Assembly (NCBI GenBank): GCA_947498445.1
Contig: CANMLK010000001.1
Span: forward strand, 1-60,111
DNA: 60,111 nt
Direction of reading: 5' to 3'
From: Beijerinckiaceae bacterium
Lineage (GTDB): Bacteria; Pseudomonadota; Alphaproteobacteria; Rhizobiales; Beijerinckiaceae
The translations under genes and the position numbers were made by a program. The notes under the pieces are model-generated. The model did no database searches. It saw only the letters and a program-made list of their open reading frames with translations, and had not been told where the DNA came from. Below, in pieces: positions 28,917-37,688 of this stretch. Each line of letters starts with the position of its first letter. The stretch's first letter is position 1.

Positions 28917-29753
28917 TCATACTTTAACGGCAAAAATATCTGCATGGCCAACTTCGCAGCCGCTGGCTCTGGCGCGCGCATCAAGCCATGAGTCGATATC
29001 GGCTTCCCCAACAAGCCCGGTTTCGCGCACTGCGTTCGATGCGCCGTGTGCGAGATCGCTGATGAGCCGCGCGTCCGCTGACGTCAGCAACCAGGGCGAA
29101 GAGGCGCGTGTGACGCGATAGCCCTGACGCGCAAGGCTGCGCGTCAGCGCGTCCGCTGCGTCTGGCCCGGCCGCAGGCCCAAATCCCTTGTCGCTGTGTT
29201 GATGCGCGTGAAACGCTTCGCGCATCGCCGCGTCGGCTGCATGGGGCGGGCTCCAGTGCTCCACGCCGTTGTAGGTCAGCGTCGTGTAAAGTGGCGTTGA
29301 ACGCGCCGCCAGCGCGGCGGAAAATCCGTCCATCCAGTCTTCCGACACCAGATCGAAAAAGGCCGCTGCGGTGACAAGATCAAGCGGCCGCTCCAGCGCA
29401 TGCGCCACATGGCGCGCCAGATCAGCGCGTTCAAACAGAACTTCGATCCGCTTGCCTCCGCGATGAATAACCAGCGCGCCATCTTCATCGTGCGCCCCTT
29501 CACCCCATTGAGAAAGCGCATCGCGCGCATGCGCCAGCAGGATCTCGTCCCAGTCCACCAGCGTCCAGTGCTGCGCCTCGCCAAGATGGTCGGCCAGCGC
29601 GCGCAGGTTTGAGCCGGAGCCGCAGCCCATGTCCATCACGCGCACAGGCGATGCGGATGCCACATGCCCCGCCGCCTGCACGCGAAGCTCATGTGACAGC
29701 GAACGATGATCGACAGGCTCTCGCAGTGCGAGCCATTCAGGCGAGAAACTCAT
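28917..29753 (-). CDS. Class I SAM-dependent methyltransferase
   Basis: FSPEWLALREPVD N-terminus, DMGCGSGSN motif I, DLVTAAAFFDLVS. ATGA overlap with the GT4 stop. Confidence 0.85.
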   Translation of the reverse strand: MSFSPEWLALREPVDHRSLSHELRVQAAGHVASASPVRVMDMGCGSGSNLRALADHLGEAQHWTLVDWDEILLAHARDALSQWGEGAHDEDGALVIHRGGKRIEVLFERADLARHVAHALERPLDLVTAAAFFDLVSEDWMDGFSAALAARSTPLYTTLTYNGVEHWSPPHAADAAMREAFHAHQHSDKGFGPAAGPDAADALTRSLARQGYRVTRASSPWLLTSADARLISDLAHGASNAVRETGLVGEADIDSWLDARARASGCEVGHADIFAVKV

Positions 29754-30820
29754 CGGCGTGCTCTCATGTGAATGGCGCGAACAACGTCAGCGATTGTCCC
29801 GGCCGCGCTGTCCCATGTGGGCAGGTCAACAGAAGCCTCAAGCGCCGCTGCGCCAAGTTGCGCGCGCAAGCCTGCGTCGCTTGTCGCGCGCCGCAATGCG
29901 GTTGCAAGCGCCGTCACGTCTTCGGGGGCAACTTTTAACGCCGCGTTGTCGGGCACAGTGTCCGCCGCCGCGCCGCCCGTTGAAGAAACAATCGGCAAGC
30001 CGCGCACCATCGCTTCGGCGAGCACCATGCCATAGCCTTCATATCGTGAGGCCGACACGAAGAGGTCTGCCTCATGGTAGAAAGCAGCTACCCCGGCGTC
30101 ATCCGCCGCGCCGGTGAATTCAACCTGCTGCGCCAGGCCTGAACTTTCAATCTGCGCATGCAGGGCCGCCACGGCGCGGGGCGCTCGGTCCAGCGCGCCA
30201 ACAATCCGCAGGCGCCAGTCGAGGTCCTGCATCTGCGCAAGCGCCTCGATCAAAATGTCATAACCCTTGCGCGGCACGATGGAGCCAACGGCGATGATGT
30301 TGACAGTTTCTGATCCACCGCCCCGCGCAGGCGGTGCGCGATCAACGCCCGGTTCGGCAACCGTGATGGCGTCAGCGGCAACGCCAAATTGCTCGATCAG
30401 AATCGCCCGCGTCGTCTTGCTGGTGACGATGACATGATCGCTGCGCGCCAGCATGACGCGTTCGTTCTCGATCAGGCCGTGCGCTTGCTCGTCCGACAAG
30501 CCCGCCTCCAGCCCCAGCGGATGGTGGCACAAGGCGATCAGGGGCGCGCGGATGGCGCCTGCCATCGAAGGTGTAAAGGCGCCAAGGGCCAGCCCGTCAG
30601 CCAGAATGACCTCGTCCGCCGCCACGCTTTCCAGCGCGGCCCGCGTGGTTTCAAGATCAGCCTGCGGCGGAAAGGGAAACGAGCCCGGCAGAGCCAGCAG
30701 GCGCGCGTTCACGCCATGGCCCGCCAGCAACGCCAGCACGCGCCGGTCATAGACATAGCCGCCCGTCGGCGTCGTCAGATCGCCGGGAATGGCGAACGCG
30801 AGCTTTATCGCCTCTCTCAC
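29750..30820 (-). CDS. Glycosyltransferase family 4
   Basis: TGGYVYD, RKGYD and EGYGMVLAEA motifs. Confidence 0.92.
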   Translation of the reverse strand: MREAIKLAFAIPGDLTTPTGGYVYDRRVLALLAGHGVNARLLALPGSFPFPPQADLETTRAALESVAADEVILADGLALGAFTPSMAGAIRAPLIALCHHPLGLEAGLSDEQAHGLIENERVMLARSDHVIVTSKTTRAILIEQFGVAADAITVAEPGVDRAPPARGGGSETVNIIAVGSIVPRKGYDILIEALAQMQDLDWRLRIVGALDRAPRAVAALHAQIESSGLAQQVEFTGAADDAGVAAFYHEADLFVSASRYEGYGMVLAEAMVRGLPIVSSTGGAAADTVPDNAALKVAPEDVTALATALRRATSDAGLRAQLGAAALEASVDLPTWDSAAGTIADVVRAIHMRARR

Positions 30821-31219
30821 TTAAACCTTGCCCTCGTACCAGGCGCGCGCGACGTGGGATTCATGCAGCTTGACGCAAATCTTGACGATGCCCTCGCCGC
30901 CCGGTCCCAGCGCGCCCGTGCGCGCGGCGTCAGCCATAGCGTCGAAAATATAGCGCGAGAGATATTCGGTGGTCGTCTGCTTGCCGGCAAATTGCGGCAG
31001 GCCGTCTAGGTTTTGATAATTGAGCGGCCCGAGCGTCGCCTTCAACGCGTCATGCGCGCGGCCGATGTCCACCACAACGCCGTCGGAGGACAGCTCCTCG
31101 CGGAAAAAGGCGACATCCACGACGAACGTCGCGCCGTGCAATTTCTGCGCGGGGCCGAACAGGTCACCCTTGAATGAATGGGCGATCATGATGTGGTCGC
31201 GCACTTCGACGGCGTACAT
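30821..31219 (-). CDS. 6-pyruvoyl-tetrahydropterin synthase-like protein (COG0720), non-QueD subtype
   Basis: IAHS..FGPAQKLHGATF, TTE and LHES motifs; lacks the CxxxHGH of QueD. Start ATG 31219 after AGGAG. Confidence 0.85.
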   Translation of the reverse strand: MYAVEVRDHIMIAHSFKGDLFGPAQKLHGATFVVDVAFFREELSSDGVVVDIGRAHDALKATLGPLNYQNLDGLPQFAGKQTTTEYLSRYIFDAMADAARTGALGPGGEGIVKICVKLHESHVARAWYEGKV

Positions 31220-31384
31220 GGATACTCCTGACACTGGATAAGCAGCGCCTTACGTGGCGCGAGCGCAGGCAAATGGCAAGTCGGGGCTTTCCCGCCTTTT
31301 GCTGACATCTGAATTGCAAAAGCGGTCCGGCCGAACCATGATCGGCCCACATCAAGGCGAACGCCAAAATTCGGAGGGAAGCAC

Positions 31385-32428
31385 ATGAAGAGCATCGGTT
31401 GGCTCGCGACAGGCCTTTTGTCGGCCATGGTTGTTGCAGGCGGCGCGTCCGCCCAGCCAGCAGACCAGTTCTACAAGGGCAAGACGCTGACCATTCTGAG
31501 CGGGCACAGTGCCGGGGGCGCTTACAGCGCCTATGCGCGCCTGCTGGAGCGTCACATGGGCAAGCATATCCCGGGCAATCCGACAACGGTGCTCAAGTTC
31601 ATGGAAGGCGCGACGGGCCTCACCCTCGCCAACTGGCTGTACAATGTGGGGCCAAAGGACGGGCTTTCTTTCGGCATTTTCCACGAGCGGATCGGACTCG
31701 AGCCGCTCGTGTCTCCACAGGGTGCAAACTTCGACGGGCGCAAGTTCACCTGGATAGGCAGCGCGGCCAAGCAGACAAGCGTCTGCTTCACGCGGCCCGA
31801 GTCGAAGGTGAAAAGTGTCGCCGACGCGCGCAACCTCGCGATTCCGGTGGGAGCAAGCGCCGCCGCCGGTTCCGATTCCGTGATGCCGCGCATGATGAAC
31901 GCCATGCTAGGCACAAAATTCCAGATTATACTTGGCTACGGCGGTAACGATATCTCGCTCGCCGTCGAGCGCGGCGAGGTCGAGGGGCGCTGCGGCTTTG
32001 GTTGGGCGAGCCTCAAGACCACGCGGCCGGACTGGGCCGAACAGCGCAAGATCAATTTGATCGCGCAATTCTCCTACAAGCCGCACCCCGAACTCAAGGA
32101 CGTGCCGCTGATGATGGATCTCGTCACCAAGGAGGATGACAAGCGCGCCCTGCAGCTCATCTTCGCCACGCAGGAAATGGGCCGCCCCTTCGCCGCGCCG
32201 CCCGGCGTGCCGGCGGATCGCGTCACGGCGCTGCGCAAGGCCTTCCTGGAGACGCTGAAGGACCCCGCCTTCATGGCCGAGGCGAAGAAACTCGATCTCG
32301 AAATCGAGCCGATCACCGGTGAGGAAATCACCGAATTGCTTGTCGATCTCTACAACACGCCCAAGGAGCTCGTGGAGCGCGTGAACAGCTTCCGCACCGG
32401 CGCCAGTGAAAAGTCCATCAAGAATTAG
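31385..32428 (+). CDS. TctC/Bug-family substrate-binding protein
   Basis: Signal peptide; GGAYSAYAR, PKDG, LAVERGEVEG and APPGVP motifs. Confidence 0.9.
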   Translation: MKSIGWLATGLLSAMVVAGGASAQPADQFYKGKTLTILSGHSAGGAYSAYARLLERHMGKHIPGNPTTVLKFMEGATGLTLANWLYNVGPKDGLSFGIFHERIGLEPLVSPQGANFDGRKFTWIGSAAKQTSVCFTRPESKVKSVADARNLAIPVGASAAAGSDSVMPRMMNAMLGTKFQIILGYGGNDISLAVERGEVEGRCGFGWASLKTTRPDWAEQRKINLIAQFSYKPHPELKDVPLMMDLVTKEDDKRALQLIFATQEMGRPFAAPPGVPADRVTALRKAFLETLKDPAFMAEAKKLDLEIEPITGEEITELLVDLYNTPKELVERVNSFRTGASEKSIKN

Positions 32429-32437
32429 GGGCCGTCC

Positions 32438-33622
32438 ATGTCGTTCATCGCTCATTCCGGCCCGGCTGTCGTGTCCGGGTCGCCAGCATCCGGCGCCGTT
32501 TGCCGCGCCGGGTGCTGCCAGCCGCTGACGCTGCGACCGTCCGCCGCCAAATCGCCAAACGCGCGGCGCCGCCTCGCGCCTCGCGCTCAGTCGGGCGGGG
32601 CGTCCGCGCCATCCGCCTCAGCGGGCGCCGCTTCGAGCCCGCAAACGGATGAGCGGGCGAGAGAGGCCAAGGCGGGCGGCGGCGCGTCGCGCGTGCTGGA
32701 CGTGCATTGCCACTTTTTCTCCGATGATCTGAAGGCCTCGTGGAGGAAGGGCGGCGGCCATCTGCCGGGCAATATCGCCAACTGGACGCCCGCAAAACTG
32801 CTCGAGGAGATGGACCGAAGCGGCGTGGCGCAAAGCGTGCTCTCGCTGGCGTCCGCGCCGTTGCACTGGTTCCATGCGCCGCAGGAATGGCGCGGGCTTG
32901 TGCGCTCGGTCAACGAGTATGGCGCGCAGCTGGTGCGCGATCACAAGGGCCGTCACGCGCAATTTGGGTTCATCACCTGCCGCGATGTGGAAGGCAGTTT
33001 GCGCGAGATTGAATACGCGTTCGATACGCTGGGCGTCAGCGGCATCGAAATGGCCACAAGCTTTGGCGACATGTGGCCGGGCGATCCCGCCTTCGCGCCG
33101 GTGTTTGAAGAACTCAATCGCCGCAAGGCGCTGGTTTATTTTCATCCCCTCGCGCCGTTCTGTTGCGAGGGGCTTGTGGACGGCGCGCACGGATCGTGGA
33201 TCGAATATCCGCTGGATACGACGCGCGCCATTGTCAGCCTTCTGGTCAATGGCGCGTTTCGCAAATATCCCGATATCAAATTTGTTTTCTCCCACGGTGG
33301 CGGGGCCTTGCCGATGCTCGCCCATCGCATCGAGGCGCTGTCGCGCCATTCCAAAGCGCGCGCCGATATCGCGCCTGGCGGCGACATTATGAACGTATTT
33401 GACAAGCTCTATTTTGAAACCGCCAACGCAACCTCAGCCCCCGCCCTCGCAGCGCTGCGCGCCTTCACAAGCGCCGACAAGCTGATGTTCGGCTCCGATT
33501 TTCCCTACATGTCGATGAGCGAAAATCTCGGAGGCCTGCGCGCCGGAGGGTTTTCTGCGGATGAATTGCGCATGGTCGAAGAGGGCAATGCGCGGCGGTT
33601 GGTGCCAGCGTTGGGAGTGTAG
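32438..33622 (+). CDS. Amidohydrolase_2-family protein (ACMSD/6-MSA decarboxylase-like)
   Basis: DVHCH, YFHP, SHGGG and FGSDFPY motifs; low-complexity N-terminal extension. Confidence 0.82.
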   Translation: MSFIAHSGPAVVSGSPASGAVCRAGCCQPLTLRPSAAKSPNARRRLAPRAQSGGASAPSASAGAASSPQTDERAREAKAGGGASRVLDVHCHFFSDDLKASWRKGGGHLPGNIANWTPAKLLEEMDRSGVAQSVLSLASAPLHWFHAPQEWRGLVRSVNEYGAQLVRDHKGRHAQFGFITCRDVEGSLREIEYAFDTLGVSGIEMATSFGDMWPGDPAFAPVFEELNRRKALVYFHPLAPFCCEGLVDGAHGSWIEYPLDTTRAIVSLLVNGAFRKYPDIKFVFSHGGGALPMLAHRIEALSRHSKARADIAPGGDIMNVFDKLYFETANATSAPALAALRAFTSADKLMFGSDFPYMSMSENLGGLRAGGFSADELRMVEEGNARRLVPALGV

Positions 33623-33623
33623 A

Positions 33624-33757
33624 ACCCCTCATCCGTCTGGCTCCGCCAGCCACCTTCTCCCGCAAGGGGAGAAGGGTTTCCCGCACTCGTGAACGTCGCC
33701 TTCCTTCTCCCCTTGCGGGAGAAGGTGGCCCTTGCGCAGCAAGGGTCGGATGAGGGG
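33624..33757. repeat. REPIN/RIME-like intergenic palindromic element, copy 2
   Basis: CCCCTCATCCG-hairpin-CCACCTTCTCCCGCAAGGGGAGAAGG, spacer, then CCTTCTCCCCTTGCGGGAGAAGGTGG..CGGATGAGGGG; between convergent stop codons. Confidence 0.88.
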
Positions 33758-33758
33758 G

Positions 33759-34766
33759 CTAATACCTCACCACAACACCCAATCCCTTTACCCCCGGCGC
33801 AAAAATCTCTTCCGCCCGCGCGGGCAAATCTTCAAACGCCACCTCCACATCAAGCAGCGCGTCGAGCCGCTCGTCGCGCAACAACTCCATCGCCTTCCCC
33901 ATGCGCCGCGCGTAATCCCAGCGCGGGCGGCGGGAGGGGGAAATCTGCCCCACCTGCGTCGAAATCAGGCGCAGGCGTTTGGAATGAAATGGCCCGCCCA
34001 GCGGCGCGGCCACTGCGCCCTCGCCGTACCAGCTCATCTCGACGATGCTCGCCTCCATCCCCGCTGACCCGATGGCCAGCGCCAGCCCGCCCGCGCTGAC
34101 GGAGGCGTGGAACACCACGTCCGCCTCGGCGCAGCCTTGCGCGGCAAAGGCGTCGGCGCGCTCAAAAGGAACGCCGATGCTGGCGGCGATCTGCGCCCGC
34201 GACGGCTCCAGATCAACCAGCGTCACATCGGCGCCCGGCAGGCGGGCGGCGAGGTACGCGGTCAGCATGCCCACAACGCCCGCCCCCACGATCACGATCC
34301 GGTCACCGGGCCCCGCGCCGCAATCCCACAGCGCGTTCAACGCCGTCTCCATATTGGCGCCCAGCACGGCGCGGCGTGGCGGCAATCCATCGGGGAGGGC
34401 GCGAAGCTGGGCGGCGTCGGCGACAAAGCCGCTCTGGTGGGGATGCAGCGCAAAGACATGGCGCCCGACAAGCTCGGCCGGACCCTCTTCCACGACGCCG
34501 ACCGCGCAATAGCCGTATTTCACGGGAAAAGAGAACTCCCCTTCCTGCATCGGGCAGCGCATGCGGGCATGTTCGGAAGGCGGCGCTTTACCCGTGAAGA
34601 CCAGACGTTCTGTCCCCCGGCTTATGCCTGAAAACAACGTGCGCACCCGCGCCTGCCCTGCGCCCAGCGGCGACAGGACTGCGGGGCGCAACGCGGCGCG
34701 TCCCGGCGCTTCAAACCACAGCGCCCTTTCCGTCAGCGTTGCGCCCTCTATTTTATCGACCGGCAT
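33759..34766 (-). CDS. MDR-superfamily dehydrogenase (BchC-like, atypical zinc ligands)
   Basis: SGISRGTE, KYGYCAVG, GAGVVG Rossmann motif, SWYG and FHSKRL. Start placed at ATG 34766; the longer ORF overlaps mdoH. Confidence 0.8.
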   Translation of the reverse strand: MPVDKIEGATLTERALWFEAPGRAALRPAVLSPLGAGQARVRTLFSGISRGTERLVFTGKAPPSEHARMRCPMQEGEFSFPVKYGYCAVGVVEEGPAELVGRHVFALHPHQSGFVADAAQLRALPDGLPPRRAVLGANMETALNALWDCGAGPGDRIVIVGAGVVGMLTAYLAARLPGADVTLVDLEPSRAQIAASIGVPFERADAFAAQGCAEADVVFHASVSAGGLALAIGSAGMEASIVEMSWYGEGAVAAPLGGPFHSKRLRLISTQVGQISPSRRPRWDYARRMGKAMELLRDERLDALLDVEVAFEDLPARAEEIFAPGVKGLGVVVRY

Positions 34767-34850
34767 ACTCAGGCTCGCTAATGTTTTTCGCCGCAGGTTT
34801 CGTGCGGGCGAGTTACTGGCTATCGAACTCTTGCATAGAGCGTCGCGTAC

Positions 34851-36668
34851 ATGATTTCCCAACCAGACAGCGCCAGCGCAGGCTTGACCCCCGCCGGTTT
34901 GCAAAGCCGCGCCGTCCTGTTGCGCCGCCGGCTCATCGTAACCGGCCTTAACGCAATGACCTATCTGGCGCTGCTGTACTGGCTGGCCAGTATCCTGTCC
35001 GTCTCCGGCTGGAGCGTGGTGGATATCCTCATCTTCGCCTGCTTCGCCATCGCCGCGCCCTGGAGCGTGCTGGGCGTGTGGAATGCGCTGATCGGCGTCT
35101 GGTTGCTGCATGGCGGGGCCAATGCGCGCGAGGCGGTGGCGCCCTTTGCAGCAGCTGGGGATTCAAGCGCGCCGCTCACGGCCACAACCGCCGTGCTGAT
35201 GACCATCCGCAATGAAGACCCGGCGCGCGCCTTCGCCCGCATCGCCACCGTGAAAGCGTTCGTCGACGCCACGGGGCAGGGCGAGGCGTTTGGCTGGTTT
35301 GTCCTGTCAGACACCAACGACGACGTGGTCGCGCAGGCCGAGGAGCAGGCCTTCGCCGCATGGAAGGCGCGCGCGGGCGCCTCGGCGGACAAGCTGTTCT
35401 ATCGCCGCCGCACGAGCAATGAGGGCTACAAGGCTGGCAATGTGCGCGATTTCTGCGACCGCTGGGGCGCCGGTTACGATTTCATGCTGCCGCTGGACGC
35501 GGACAGCCTGATGGACGGCGCGACGATCCTGCACCTTGTGCGGATCGGGCAGGCCTATCCTAAACTTGGCATCCTGCAGAGCCTTGTGGTTGGCGCGCCC
35601 AGCCAGTCGGCCTTTGCGCGCATCTTCCAGTTTGGCATGCGCCACGGCATGCGGCCCTACACGATGGGCAGCGCCTGGTGGGTGGGCGATTGCGGCCCCT
35701 TCTGGGGCCATAACGCGCTGGTGCGCATCGCCCCCTTCGTTGAGCATTGCCACCTGCCCGTGCTGCCAGGCGGCCCGCCGCTGGGCGGTCAGATCATGTC
35801 GCACGATCAGGTGGAGGCGGTCCTGATGCGCCGCGCCGGTTTTGAAGTGCGCGTGCTGGCGGAAGAGGTTGGAAGCTGGGAGGAAAACCCGCCGACCCTG
35901 CTCGAATTCACGCGCCGTGATCTGCGCTGGTGCCAGGGCAATATGCAATATTTCCGCCTGCTGGGCATGAAGGGCCTGCTGCCCATGAGCCGCTTTCAGC
36001 TTGTCTGGGCGATCTCGATGTTCATCGGCATCCCGGCGTGGACGGCGATTATCGCGCTCTCCGCCATCAAGCCGCTGGACGGCGAGCCGACGGCATTGTT
36101 TCCCGCGGCGTCGGCGCTCGGGCTCTACGGCGCGTTCATGTTCATGTATCTGGCGCCCAAGCTGGCGGGCTTCCTCGATATCGCGCTGACGAAAGGCGGG
36201 CTGGCCCGCTACGGCGGCGGCCTGCGCTTTGCGGCGGGCGCGGTGACCGAGCTGTTGTTCTCCTTCCTCATTTCGGCGGCCGTGACGGTGCGCACCAGCC
36301 TGTTCATGATCGGCCTGCTGTTTGGCCGCGCCGTGGTGTGGAACGGGCAGGCGCGCGACGCCCATGCGCTGTCATGGGGCACGGCGGCGCGAGGTCTGTG
36401 GCCTCAGACACTGTTTGGCTTCCTGCTGCTCGCGTTCGCGCTGGCGCTGGCGCCTGGCCTCATTCTGTGGTCGCTGCCGTTGACCGCGGGCTATTTCCTC
36501 GCCATTCCCTTCGCTGTGGCGACGGCTGATCCCCGGCTTGGCGCCGCGATGGCGCGCATCGGCCTTTGCGCCATCCCCGAGGAAATCGAAACGCCGCCCA
36601 TCATCGCGGCGCTCGCACATCCGGGAAGCCGGTCCGAACAGATTGCTGAACTGCCAGAGGTTGCATGA
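34851..36668 (+). CDS. mdoH: Periplasmic glucan biosynthesis glucosyltransferase H (GT2)
   Basis: VLSDT, YKAGN, LDADS, WGHNA, SHDQVEA and RDLRWCQGN motifs. Confidence 0.93.
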   Translation: MISQPDSASAGLTPAGLQSRAVLLRRRLIVTGLNAMTYLALLYWLASILSVSGWSVVDILIFACFAIAAPWSVLGVWNALIGVWLLHGGANAREAVAPFAAAGDSSAPLTATTAVLMTIRNEDPARAFARIATVKAFVDATGQGEAFGWFVLSDTNDDVVAQAEEQAFAAWKARAGASADKLFYRRRTSNEGYKAGNVRDFCDRWGAGYDFMLPLDADSLMDGATILHLVRIGQAYPKLGILQSLVVGAPSQSAFARIFQFGMRHGMRPYTMGSAWWVGDCGPFWGHNALVRIAPFVEHCHLPVLPGGPPLGGQIMSHDQVEAVLMRRAGFEVRVLAEEVGSWEENPPTLLEFTRRDLRWCQGNMQYFRLLGMKGLLPMSRFQLVWAISMFIGIPAWTAIIALSAIKPLDGEPTALFPAASALGLYGAFMFMYLAPKLAGFLDIALTKGGLARYGGGLRFAAGAVTELLFSFLISAAVTVRTSLFMIGLLFGRAVVWNGQARDAHALSWGTAARGLWPQTLFGFLLLAFALALAPGLILWSLPLTAGYFLAIPFAVATADPRLGAAMARIGLCAIPEEIETPPIIAALAHPGSRSEQIAELPEVA

Positions 36669-37678
36669 AAGCCCTGAAAATCCTCGCCGCTGTATTGCTC
36701 GTCGGCGTGTTCGCAAATTCCGCGCTCGCGCAGCCCGCCCCCACCAGCCTGCCAGCCAAACCCTTCGACGCGGACGAGATCGCGGTGGCTGTGACGAACC
36801 GCAGCGAGCCGGTGTTGTGCGCCGAGAAGGACAACATCCAGATCGACTTTGCCGCCCCTGACGTGAAGGCGTTTCGCGTGCAGGCGGTTCATCCCGCCTA
36901 CATCGGGACGATCGGCGTTGATCGCTATCTGCCGGACTTCACCGCCTGCGACATGAGCGCGGACCCCGTGGTGGCCACATCGGTCAAGAAGACCGTGCGC
37001 CGCACGATCTTTGAGACGCCCGAATTTCAGCTGGTCGCCTACACCTATCCGACCTTTTGGCGCGGCGCGAACACGCCGATCCGCATCATCGACACAGAGA
37101 ACAAGGTCGACACAACGTTTCGCGAAATTCATTTGATGCAGGTGTGGACGTTGCATCGCGAGCGCGCCGAGGAAGTCCTCGTTGTCTATCCGCCCGATGG
37201 CTATTGGCGCGCGCGGCCGCTGCCGTTCGCGGACATGCGGTGGACCGCGTATGGCTCGTCGTTCCTGATCGGCCCGGTGGAAATACAGGATCGCCCCATC
37301 GTCGATCTCAAGCTCATCACCTACGATGCGCAGGCCAAGACATTCACGCTTGATTTCGCGCGCGGCGGCTCGGCGAAAATGAAGATCGAAGCGCTCGACA
37401 CCGAGCATGTGGCGCTGGACGTTACGCTGGAAGGCGCCATCCCGCGCAACCTTCCGTTCGCGTCGCTGCGTTCGATGTACATCACCGATTTCAACAACGA
37501 CGCGTCGCGCATCGCCTACAAGCCCAAGGACGCAAAGCGCTGGGGCGAAGGCCACGTGATGGATTTCAAGAATGCCGACGCCAGCGAGTTCTGGCTGGGG
37601 CGCACGACAGTGTCCAAGCACAACACGTCCGCGCCGGACATGATCCTCGGCAAGTTCAAGGCGGACGTGAAGAAGTGA
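36665..37678 (+). CDS. Secreted hypothetical protein, translationally coupled to mdoH
   Basis: ATGA overlap with the mdoH stop; signal peptide ending ALA-Q; aromatic, beta-rich body; typical codon usage. Confidence 0.75.
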   Translation: MKALKILAAVLLVGVFANSALAQPAPTSLPAKPFDADEIAVAVTNRSEPVLCAEKDNIQIDFAAPDVKAFRVQAVHPAYIGTIGVDRYLPDFTACDMSADPVVATSVKKTVRRTIFETPEFQLVAYTYPTFWRGANTPIRIIDTENKVDTTFREIHLMQVWTLHRERAEEVLVVYPPDGYWRARPLPFADMRWTAYGSSFLIGPVEIQDRPIVDLKLITYDAQAKTFTLDFARGGSAKMKIEALDTEHVALDVTLEGAIPRNLPFASLRSMYITDFNNDASRIAYKPKDAKRWGEGHVMDFKNADASEFWLGRTTVSKHNTSAPDMILGKFKADVKK

Positions 37679-37688
37679 GCGGGGAAAA

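Noticed and set aside
30821-31219. queD of queuosine biosynthesis
   Set aside because: No CxxxHGH motif and no queC/queE neighbours.
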